A DNA stretch of 64,000 nt from Trichodelitschia bisporula (lineage: Eukaryota). This document shows, in pieces, positions 1 to 10,893 of the stretch (positions are counted from its first letter, which is position 1; every line of letters begins with the position of its first letter). The stretch is from positions 121,923 through 185,922 of the forward strand of contig ML996698.1 in NCBI GenBank assembly GCA_010356995.1, written 5' to 3'. The notes under the pieces are model-generated. The model ran no database searches. It had not been told where the DNA came from and was given only the letters and a program-made list of their open reading frames with translations. Both the position numbers and the translations under genes were made by a program.

Positions 1-792
1 GCTATATTCTTTCTTACAATTGTTGCAGTTTTCCTCTCCCTCCTCATGGTTGTACACAGGGTCGTATAGGACATCGGGCCCAGCCTTGTCGCGAGCGAAA
101 AGAGACTGGTTGCTGAGCCTTGCAAGATAATCTAGGAAACCAACTCTTCCTTTCAGATGGCTGGCCTTCAGACTCGCCACCGCGCTCAGCAAGGCCATTG
201 GGGGCGCGTTCAGAAATCCAGTTCGTTCAACCCCGTCCGGCCTGGTCTTGCCCAAGTCGTACTGGATCACTCCGCCACAATCCTTGGACGGCTGGCAAAC
301 GACAACGTCCCCAAGCCGGATGTCGGCTATTGCGCTCGGCACACCGCCTCCGATGCCGACCATGACGCCGAGTTGAACGGAAGTGAAGGTTGACTGCATT
401 TGAGCAACCGCCGAGGCCGCCGAGTTTGTGCCCGTCAGCCCCAAGACCATGATGACAGTATTGTGTCCGCCAACGCAGCCGAGTGTGTAGCTATTGGGAT
501 CGGACGCGTCCTGGGGGAGAGGTTGATGCTCTTCATCGAGCATCTCCTGGGCTGCTGCAAGTTCAATCGGGAGCGCGCAAATCCACCCTATTGTGTAGTC
601 TTCGTGACGAAGTCGGCGGGTTGGCTTTCTGTTGGTGGCTCTCTGGAGGGCAAGTGGTAAGGTTGAGGTCTGGCTGACGTTGCTCGCGGGGGCAGGTGTG
701 GTGGTCTCACCAGCAACAGGTGAGGAGGGTCGTGAAAGACTGGAAGAGGCATGGAAGCGGCCCCGTGTCCGGATCCGCTTTGCAGGTGGCAT
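1..792 (-). CDS. PNP_UDP_1 (Pfs, nucleoside phosphorylase) domain protein, likely N-terminus of a fungal NLR-like protein; 3' end lies outside the window
   Basis: Hand translation is open from ATG 792 to base 1: MPPAKR...EDYTIGWICALPIELAAAQEMLDEEH...YTLGCVGGHNTV...MVGIGGGVPSAIADIRLGDVVV...GGVIQYDLGK...LNAPP. These are hallmark fungal PNP_UDP motifs. The ORF track misses it, probably because there is no in-window stop. Confidence 0.92.
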   Translation of the reverse strand, partial: MPPAKRIRTRGRFHASSSLSRPSSPVAGETTTPAPASNVSQTSTLPLALQRATNRKPTRRLRHEDYTIGWICALPIELAAAQEMLDEEHQPLPQDASDPNSYTLGCVGGHNTVIMVLGLTGTNSAASAVAQMQSTFTSVQLGVMVGIGGGVPSAIADIRLGDVVVCQPSKDCGGVIQYDLGKTRPDGVERTGFLNAPPMALLSAVASLKASHLKGRVGFLDYLARLSNQSLFARDKAGPDVLYDPVYNHEEGEENCNNCKKEYS

Positions 793-3148
793 CTTGGAAA
801 TAATGATGCTAGTCAAGAAATTGGGGACTTGTGAAAATGCAGGAGTGGAACTGGAGGTTAACGGCGAGGCTTTGGGGCTTCGAGCTGAGCTCAACTGCGG
901 GGCAGAATGCCAAGAATGGGGCTGTGAGCTGTCGGGCGCGGAGGGGAGGACGAGATGGGAGGAGACACAGCCACATGCCACGGGGCATCAAGTTCTCCTA
1001 CCAACTGATCAGTTCATAGACGAAGACTTCGCTGGAAGACATACCCGGTTGTTCATCCATGTTGCACCGCCCACGCTGCTTGCGTCGTCTATGCCCGCGT
1101 CATAGGTGCTGTACGGGATATCGAGACTGACCAGGGCTCGAGCATAAACAGGCTCGGGAGGATGCCGGTGTGGCGGTCATGGTTTTGCGCGGGAGTTTGG
1201 CAGCGCAGTGAGGGACAGACGGGGCGTACAGACTGTTCTGATGGAGGAGATTCGTAGTTGATTCTGTGGAAGAGGTGGCCGGATAATGTGTGAGATGGGT
1301 GTCAGCAAGCGTCCTGGTGCTGGATTAAAGGCTCGATTGGAGTTGAGCAGACGACATCGTATCAGTCATGTTGTATCGTGTCGTCAGCGCGGGACTCGAG
1401 AAACACAGTACCGCGGAACAATTGAGCCCGCAGGAGCGTGCGGCCGTTCCAACTGCGAAGGAAAGGCCTCATCCCCATCGAGGAGAAACGACTGTCCATC
1501 TACAACTCCACAACTTGTCGTCAACAGGCCAACAATGGTAAAAGGTTGAAGTGCTAGACAGCGCCTAGCTTCCCCTCGAACTACCCTAGCGGCTCCTCCC
1601 GTCCATCAAGCGGCCCCATGTGGCCGTATCCATCGCATTCCCTGCCTAGCAAGTACCCCATTCTACTACCTCTTCGTTTGCGAATAAACCGCACCCAGCT
1701 CTCCCCTCGTCGGATGGGCTATCGGAAATCACCTAGGCATACTCGCAGCAAGTCGCGCCGCGCAAAGCCTTACGTATCAGCGTATCGCTCCCAGTGTGCA
1801 AACCTTCACCGGCAACTACCCCACCGCCCCCCCGCACCTACACGCAGCCACCCTTCTAGCAACCTCTCCCGCACAGCCCCTCCTGCGGCCAAACGGATAA
1901 CCTCTACTACTACCAGTCTACTACCAGCTGCAGCTGCAGCAACTCATCCGGTGGTCGCAAGCAAAACTACCCGCAGTTCCCGACCCCCCCGCAGCACCGC
2001 CGAAACCTCCGCCAGTTCGTGACCCTCGCACCTCACTACTCCCACTTTTCGTCTAAGCGCCCGCAGAACCCATACTCACCTACGTCCTAACCCTGACCCA
2101 CCGTGGCTTTGTCCATGGCACTGGCTCCCCCTCGGAAGCCAGCCTAATCACCGACGCCACCTCCCTGCTGACCAGCACGCTGCCCCTCCCCCCGAAACGG
2201 CCCCTCCCGCGCACCCCGCACGAAATTCACGCTCCCAATATCTGGCGCCACGAACGTGTGCTGCCCGTGCGGTACATTACGGTCGCCAATCAACTTAACG
2301 CCCAGCAACAAGCCCTCGTACGCTCCCGTCCTCATCCGCCAGCGCGCCCGACACGCCCGCCTCAATGCCCCACGCGAGCCAAGTAGGCAGTCTGTGCTCG
2401 GGCAGCGTGGCTGCTAGGGTGAGATCAGGCGAAAAGGTAGGCGAGGCAAGGGGTAAAGCGAGATGAAGAAGTGGGCAAGACGAAGGCGCGGGCGAGACGA
2501 AGGGGTGGGCGAGATGAAGGGGTGGGCCAGACGAAAAAGCGGCATGCGGGAGGACGCATTGAGGCGGCAGCGATGGAGAGACCCAAGAAGGGCACGAGGC
2601 GGAAGCTAGACAAAGTAGCGGAGGGCTGATTCTCGATGCTGGGTAAGCCGCTTTTTAGATTTTCTAATTCATATAATTCGTCTGCTGGAATTTGCTAGCC
2701 ATCAAACAGGGATACCGAGCACTCTAAGCGCCGGACTTCTTGGAAGCCTGCATTGGGGAAATCTGAAGCTAGAAAAGCCGTTACAAACCGCCGGATTTGG
2801 CGGCTATTTGCCCGGGGACACAGGTATATGTCTGTGACCTATGGCCGTATGTGATTGTGCATGTCTGAAAAAGGGTTATGAGGCACTAGGCCTAGTGAGC
2901 CCTAGCTATTCCTCATCGAAGCGTCTGGCGGCGCCGTTGGCAACAAGATAGTCCGAACTGCTGATCTTCGACGGCGTAAAGCTGCCTCAATGACTTAGAA
3001 GACCCAGCCCGCTTGTCGCCATTGACCTCCAGTTGAGGACAGCCTGGCAGACTCGGCGAAAGAAAAAGATACATCCGAACCAACGTCCCTTCGAGCCCCA
3101 TGAGCTTAGCAAAAAGAGACGCAGCTGGGATGCACGTAGACCGAGAAG

Positions 3149-3154
3149 AAAAAA
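3149..3154 (-). terminator. Pol III oligo-T terminator of the tRNA
   Basis: T6 run on the minus strand about 10 nt after the tRNA 3' end. Confidence 0.7.
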
Positions 3155-3163
3155 TGATTGAAC

Positions 3164-3252
3164 CGACAGTGACAGGACTCGAACCTGTGCGGCCGAAGCC
3201 ATATGATAACGATGATTCGAGTCATACCCATTAACCACTCTGGCACACTGCC
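3164..3252 (-). tRNA. tRNA-Ser(CGA) with 8-nt intron (3208-3215)
   Basis: Acceptor stem GGCAGTG/CACTGTC plus G discriminator; D-loop AGTGGTTAA; anticodon stem TATGA/TCATA with CT-CGA-A; long variable arm GGCTTCGGCC; T-arm ACAGG-TTCGAGT-CCTGT. Confidence 0.95.
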
Positions 3253-6200
3253 TTTGGGTAAACTTTTGCAGGCGTTTGTAATTGTTGAATGGCAACCATT
3301 GCCTCCACCTGTTGTTCCGCTTTGTCGAAGATTTTCGGGGAATTGATGCATCATTGGGCCCCCGGCATGAACAAGAGGCGGTCAAGGTTCCCAGATGCAA
3401 GGTGCGGAAGCCCTTAGCCAATGGGCTGCGCATGCTGTACCGTGCCGGACTATCGAACTCACCTGAAGAAAATCTGCAAGGCTGAAGGACGAAGCAGGGT
3501 GGGCACGGACCACCGTTGCCGGTGGTCGGAGTGCAATCCCTCTCGACATGAATCACAGCATTTGGCCGATTCCAGTTGTCTTCGTGCTATTAAGAAAATC
3601 CCAGCGTGCGGGAACTTGCACGTTTCACATTAGAAAGGATATCCGCGCATTCAGCGATCCGATCATAAATGAGTCGCGTGAGAAGCCGTATATGGAGTAT
3701 GGTCTGCCCGCCAGCGTGACCTCGGGTATCGGTGGGACAGCACGCAGTCTGAGGTTGCTTTGCGGATACACGGGGTCCAAGTGCTTGAAGATTCGTTCTT
3801 CGTTGCAGAGAGAGAGGGCCAATGCGGTGCAGATGGTAGTGAGAAAAGCGGTAAGCGGTCAGCGCCGTCCTTTGCCGACATCACGATACTTGATGAACAT
3901 TCACGTGAGATTTAATGGTCAGAACAGCTGAGAAACATTGGAATGCAAATATCGGTTGGATTGGAGATCTCTAGTAAACTACGTCGCGCGAAAGCAGAGG
4001 ATTTAATGTAATTTGCAAGCTCGAAGATGATCACAACACTCAACCAGCGGCATTAGAAGCGACCTCCTCAGATTCTGACTAGAACTAGGAGCAGCATCTG
4101 AAGTATCTGATTCATCGCCCACATACTCGCTACCTTCCCCCTGCGCACAGGCGCGTCAATCCTCTGCAACATCGATCCGAGAGTTGACTATACAGGTCAG
4201 AAACAACACGGAGACTCCGTTCTCTTTGAAGTACGCAAGCCATGGCGCCCTGGTAGTGGCATAGGTGAGCATCCTAACCTTTGAGTCGATGCCAACCTTT
4301 GCCCAACGGAACTGAGGCTTCCGGGTTATCTTGTCGAAGTTCCACTGACGAATTGCGTCTTCCCAGATTTTCATGACTGGGCCTCCGCACTTCTAGCCTT
4401 CAGAAGGGTTGGTCTGCCGCTCGGTCATATCGCTAAGTTTGTATACAACGACGATATTTGGTCGGTCTTTGCTGTAGCAGGTTAGATGTGGATGTCAAAT
4501 CATCTGCTAGGACGACATACCCTCTTCGGCTTCTTCAAATTAAGGAGAGCGGACCCTTGCTTGATGTCTGAGAGTGTCTCGTGGCCTGCTAGGTACACAC
4601 AAAGTACTTTGATGCAAGAGACGTCACTCGTGCGTGCGCAAACTATAGTGGTCAGCTTCACGTCGGCCAATAATGGTTGTGGAACGTACTTGCGCGTATA
4701 TATCCATCGCCGGGTCGTCAGCCCAATTGAAGCCCGACTTCCATATGTTCGAAGGAGATTGTACGTTGAGCCTGGCACTCAGTCCCACGATGACCCTGAG
4801 GTCAGGCTCTATATAATGACATCGGATGTTGCTGATGTATGCCCAGACTGCCGGTGGATATGGAGGCGGATCCCAACCAGCGTGCGCACTTTCGCAGCAA
4901 TGATAGCCGCCAACTGTTCGGTGTCGACTCAAAGCGAGCCTTCTCAGCCGCGAACTGCACCGGCGTCAACCGACCAATCTGGTAGCTCCCCAGACACATC
5001 TGACTGGTGGGTTTTAGCCGTCGCAAATGAATGAGTGAGTATATAGCAGAGGAAGAGTATAGTAGGTGATATAAAAAGATGGTGTGTGTTGATGAAAAGA
5101 AGTGGAGGAGAAGTGCGAGGGAGATGGGGTCATTCGATTAAGCGAGCAGTCCCGTGAATGTCTATTGGTCAATGGCTTCGTCCCCGGGCGAAACTGAGGG
5201 AAGGAACGACGCTCTGGGTCCAGCACTAGCATCGCTCCTTCCCCGCAGTACGGATGCGCTGACTCGCAGCGAAGCACGTAAGCTCCGATGACTTGCACGG
5301 CTCAGAACTTCGAGTCAAGCCCAGTTGCACAGGTTGAAGGCTTGAACATGCACAACGCGATGGCGGCCAAGCGGTGGCATCAATGGGACGGCCCGGTCCG
5401 CCTTAGCACCCAGCTCGTCGGGATTATGCGGGGTGCTGATCGGCAGTCAGTGGACGTTCTGATTTGCTTGAGCTGCAGGAGAATTGGAGACTTTCCCCCA
5501 ATACCAACGTATAAATCGCGAGTGCACCGCACCTTGCTCTGCAGCTGCTACCACACCTCCATACCTTCTCAACTGGCCCACAATTACCCTGCTGACACCA
5601 CCTTACCGCCCTCCATATTTCTCAGCTGGCCCCGTAACTACCCTGCTTACATGACTATACCTGATGTGGTTATGGAAGGAACATTCTTATGTAAGCGAGA
5701 TCATGATGTAATGCGAGTATGATGGAAGGAAGGAGCAAAGGAGGATACCTGGCATCGTTTATTTAAACCTCAAGAGTCTCTGACTCTCTCCATCTCCTCG
5801 TCTTTCATCAACTCTTTCACAATAACCATATTGTATACACGTACCAATGAGCCTTGTTCTATATCAATACCTCCCTCTCCATACCTTGCAAGTCGGCTCG
5901 TGAAGACCCCGCTTGTTGTCGACATCCTCCATAAATACCCTCTCCCCTCCACTCTTCGACACGCATCCTCGCCCCAGTCCTCCATTCATCCACCCACCTT
6001 TTCCAGCACACGCATGTCCTTTGCGACCTCCCAACACACGCACCGCGTCTGCAAACGCAGCCTCCGCATCCCCCTCGCCCCGTCCCCAGCTCTCACAGCA
6101 TCCCCATACCATCTCCGCCGGTATGGGTCCTTCCGCCGCCACCTCTCCCGGTTCCTTTCCTACCACCTGTCCCGGTCTCCCTGCTACCGCCTTTTCCGGC

Positions 6201-6339
6201 CCCTTTATGCCGCTAGGTATTTCACCGACTTTACAAGTCTATTCTCGGCTAGCCTATGTTCACAGAAGGACAGCCCTTACCGTAGCACCTCCTAGCGCCC
6301 CCTCACCCTCCCCCTCCCGCCTCGCCGATGTACTTTGAT

Positions 6340-7071
6340 GGCAGGACGATCGCCTCTGCATAGGGCTTACCCTTAGGGTACGTGGGTGACGCGAGCCCGG
6401 AGGAGATGGTAGTACTACTCTAGCCCACCGCCTATCTCGGGGTCACACCTGAGGAGCGGGTGCGGCAACTGATAGCTCTCCTACTAGAGCCGCTATATCA
6501 GCCGTAGGCTAAAAACCTACGTGCTGTTATACGGCTCTACCAGGAGGGTTCCCTTTGGTGTAGACCCAAGGTTTGCACATTGGCACTGCAGTTCGGCATA
6601 CGTTGCCCCAGGACAACAGTACCGAACACCCTTTCGGGCGGCGCCGTCAAGCACCACACAACTAAGCTTCAGTCCCATCCTTCAAGACGGACTGAACAAT
6701 CTCTTCCATGCAACTCTTAGAGGAGTATATCCAGCTAGGATTTCAGTTGGCAGCATTACAAACAGTCAGGCGTACCGTACAAACCGAATTTGTTCAAGCC
6801 TGTACTCGCCCAGTTCTTGGAAGAATACCCTTTTGAGCCAGTGGACAGTCCTGAAAACTGGCGCGACAGTCGGGAAGAAATCGAACCAAGGCTCAGGGAC
6901 TTTGTCACAGCGACCTTTGCCACGATACCCTTCTCCGCTCTAAAATCGTCTACGTCCAGCAAGGACTCGTCGTCACCCCCCAGGAGTCCTTCCTCTCTAA
7001 AAGCCACCTCTGGCTCAAGGTATGCATATCCGTCAACTGTTCGGGCTTTATCCACAACGCGAAGGTGCTAA
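6340..7071 (+). pseudogene. Degenerate coding relic with RIP-like signature; product unknown
   Basis: One frame continuous with ORF 6790-7071 is interrupted only by TAG stops (6361, 6421, 6505, 6718, 6736) and has many CTA/GTA/ATA codons. Confidence 0.5.
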
Positions 7072-8063
7072 TGCCCATTTAGAACCAGAGCCTCGGCGGG
7101 ATGCAAGCTCCTCAGGTGCCGACGGCCTCCTATCTGGCTCACCCCCGGATGCCGACGGCGGATGTATGAGCTTTTTCTTTCTTTTTCCTTTTTATCTGAT
7201 GTTTTCCAAGGTGTACTCGTACTGCCAGATCCGCCCCCCTTTGAAGGAGCTCCGGTTTTATAACCCAGAATTGTACCCCTCAATGAAGCCATGTCGGCGA
7301 ATGCCATCCAAGTCAAGGTGACCTTGAATACGGGAAGCACTATAACCGTGGTCTGGTGGCACGAGTTGTGGCTGTTGGGGCTTTCTGTTGCTTTACCCCA
7401 TACTCGGGTATATTACGCGGATGGCGCCAGTGAATAGTGCTTGTTTTTGGTGATAGAAGTACAACTTTTGGATGGTGCCGGACATTCAGTATCGGATAGG
7501 TTTATGGAGGGGGGGATTGTTCGGGTTTATCATTTGGGATTGGATAGGTTATCGGGCAGGGCTTTACCTGTGCAGATGTTTAAGGGCAGTCTTGAGGGAC
7601 GTACTCCATTATTCGTAGCGGGGTGTAAGAGTAACTTAGCCGCTATACTTCCTCGGTAGTTAGGGATATTGGCATAGGGATGATGGGATTGAAACTTCGC
7701 GTATTTCTGGGCGTTCATGGCGAAGGTGGGATTTGAAGCTTTGTGTATTTCTGGGCGTTAGAGAATCTCCTTTTCAAATCAATGGCTTCCAGACAGTTCC
7801 GACGCCCTCTGTTCGGGGAATTATTAGATCGAGAGGCAACTTTTCTTACATCGACAGGTTGCATCGACAGGTTGCAGTTGAGCGGGTAATCGAGACTGCT
7901 CGCCCAGCATGCAAGTTCAGCCTCGCCAAATGCACCCTTATCATGGAAGACGGAACCAATTCAACACCCGCAAGCCGATTCTATGCCCAAAACTCTTATC
8001 ATTACACATCAGATACACTATACAGTCTTCTCCTCCGTCTCTTTACCACCACATCCACTAGTT

Positions 8064-9192
8064 CTATAACCGATCATCCCCATCCCTCAGGCCTTCCGCC
8101 CAAGCCTCCGAGTCATCACTTTCGCTCTCTCCATCCATCATCCCAGCTGACCACGCCGCCGCATCGTCCTCATCTGCGCCCGGTGGGGTTGTGGGAGTAG
8201 CGGGCGTCGGCGTTGTTACGTCCCAGCAGCCGAGCCAGCCGGGGGTCATACATGCCGAAGTCGTGGGTGGGGCTGCCTTGAAAGTTGACGTCTTTCCCGG
8301 TAAGGTTGATGACTTAGCCGTTGATGTTGTGGTCTTCGCGGTTAATGTCGTGGATCTTGCCGTAAATGTTGTGGACTTCGCAGTTGATGTTGTGGACTTC
8401 GTGGCTGATATTGACGACTTCACTGCGGATGTTGAGGTCTTCGCCGCTGATGTCGAGGTCTTCGAACTTGATGTTGTGGTCTTCGCGATTGACGCTGACG
8501 TCTTCACTGCCGATGTCGAGGTCTTCGCCGCCGAAGAGGGCGTCTTCCCCGCAGCCGTAGACACCGACGTTTTCCCCGTCGCCGCCGTAGACGTCTTCCC
8601 CACCACCCCCGTCCCCGTCCCCGTCAACTCCGGCGGATCCCAACACCCAAACAACCCCATACTCTTACACAACTTCGTCGTCGTCGCCGTCACACTCCCC
8701 ACCGTCGTCCTCGCCCCCGCCGTCCCAGTTAACGTAGTAACCGGCGTCGCAACTTCCGGACTATCCCAGCACCCCACAAACAACCCCGGCGTCTCACAAC
8801 TCACCGTCACGGGCGCCGTCAAAACCACCTCCTTCCCAGTCGTCGTCACCGGCGGACACTGTCCCGCCGTAAACACACTAACATTCGCCCCCCCCGGCGC
8901 CGCCGTCCCACTAACAATCGGAATCACCCCCTCCCTTCCCCACCCCGGCCTTTTCGGCACAGCCCCCACGCTCGGGTCCGCGCAGTCAAGCACACTGCAC
9001 CGCTCCGTACAATTCCTTAGGCATATATCGCCGCAGTCGCGCGTGCCCGCGGGACACGAGCAGGCGCACCGCTCGGCGGTGGAGAGGGAGAAGGACCACC
9101 CGCCGAAGAGGGTCCCGACGGCTTCGGCGTAGGTGTCGGCTAAAAGGTCGCAGCCCCAGTGGGTCCAGGAGAGGGGGTTGGGGGTTGCGCTG

Positions 9193-9265
<73 letters not shown>

Positions 9266-10401
9266 CGCGCCGGGCTGGGGCGGCGGTGGGGGGTTTGCTG
9301 TTGGTTGTGGGAGGGGGGGAGGTGGGAGGAGAGCCGGTGTTGGTATCGGCTCCGTAGTACGCGTGGCATGCGGCGTGCATGCAGTCGCGGAAGCGGGCGT
9401 TGCACTCCTCGAAGGGGGTGCCGCAATCATCTGTCTTCATTAGCCCTCATCCCAAATCCATCCTCCCTCCCCCCCCCACCCCATATCCCCTCCCCCTCCC
9501 GCCAGGGAGGTTCCACCGGGGCCGAGACCACTCACCATAGCACAAATCATGCATATTACAACAAACCGTAAACCTGAAGTCAGGAACCTTCATCCCATTC
9601 TCCGCCCCACACCCGTTAAAACTCGCGGGACGGGCGCAGTGCTTCTCCTCCGCCACCAATCCAAACGGCACGACGGGACAGCGCGGCGCGTACCCTTTTT
9701 GGTCCCGGTCGTTGACGAGGCCCCATACTGGGGAGGTGAGGAAGGCGAAGGGGTCGTAGTGCGTGGTGTGGGAGGGGGTTTGGCGCCGGTGGAGGGTGGG
9801 GAGGATGGTGGAGAGCCACTGGCGCATACGGGAGGAGGGGGGAGGGTGGAGGTTCCGAGCGCGTAGGTGTCCGGCTTGCCGATGCCGTACCAATTCCATC
9901 CCGGGGGGGAGATGCATCGTCAAGCTGCCGTCGCATTCGACGCCGAAGACGCTTGTCAGATAGCCCCTCCCCGTCCCTCCTCCATCTGCTCCATCCTCGC
10001 CGAACACAAACCCGACCCGTCCATCCTCCCATACTGCAACCCGCTCTTCGCCCAGCACCAAGTCCGACCATCTATCCCGTTAGCCCGTAAGCGTCACTCA
10101 TCAGAGCTACTCACCCTTCACGTCCCGCCCCGGGCCTAAGCCTGAACTCTGGAATCACGGGTAAGATAGAGGGCGCTTTCGCGAGCACGCCGTCGATGTT
10201 CGTGAAGGGGATGCCGTCGGCGGGATCAAGGAGGCGCTGGGGGTTTAGCTGGGATGGGATGAGATGGGGAGGGGGACTTACGAAGACCGCTTCCCTTCCC
10301 TCAGGAAACACACACGGCCTCGCAACTTCCACCGCCGCCCGTGCATACCCGCAGACAAGCAGCAACGCCGCCCATCTCGTGAATCGCGACCCGCGTACCA
10401 T
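8064..10401 (-). CDS. Secreted group XII-like phospholipase A2 with N-terminal extension and Ser/Thr-rich C-terminal stalk (about 4 exons)
   Basis: Signal-like N-terminus (RWAALLLVCGYARA); FNGCG loop; CCNMHDLCY|DDCGTPFEECNARFRDCMHAAC joined across a GT-AG intron; later CDLLADTYAEAV...RCAC; Thr/Ser/Lys repeats. Confidence 0.8.
9196..9265. repeat. 70-nt poly-G run, probably a sequencing or assembly artefact
   Basis: Pure homopolymer inside the CDS; the paralog at about 48280-48345 has mixed C-rich sequence of similar length. Confidence 0.85.
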
Positions 10402-10457
10402 CAGACGTCCAAGCACACAACTGCTGGAAGCCGTGTATTACCACAACCAAAACGCAG

Positions 10458-10499
10458 AACAAGAAACAACAAGAAACAACAAGAAACAACAAGAAACAA
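10458..10499. repeat. 10-bp tandem repeat (AACAAGAAAC) x4 upstream of the PLA2 gene
   Basis: Directly visible. Confidence 0.85.
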
Positions 10500-10893
10500 A
10501 CCTCAGCTCAACAAACCCACCACCCCATCTATCCCCCCCAACCCCAACCCACCCTCTGAACACCCAGCCCTACCGCCGCATATTAACCCCATACCCCGCG
10601 CTATAGTGCCCCGCAAGCGACGTTCCAAAGCCCTAGAACCACTTGCCACGCGAAGATGGCAAGTAGATGAGATACGCACGGGCCGAGCCATTGATGGGCG
10701 CGTCACTGAGCCGATCGGCGGGAGCGAGTTTCGGGCGCTGGGCATCGGAGTCAGTACTCTCCTCACTCGGTACCAAGTACCCAGATAGGCACATGTAGAA
10801 TTGTGATATCGCTCATAAACGTCTACAACATACGGATTATATGCCCCCCCCCCCCAAAAAAAAACCCGCCCAAAACGCCCCCGCTGAACACAC

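Noticed and set aside
1550..2650. Possible RIP-degraded element or gene
   Set aside because: Looks TpA-rich and low-complexity, but there is no recognisable domain or terminal repeat.
4156..5034. Short ORFs that look partly protein-like
   Set aside because: No consistent splice model or family motif.
8191..9132. 313-aa plus-strand Val/Asp-rich ORF
   Set aside because: Antisense shadow of the Thr/Ser-rich PLA2 stalk.
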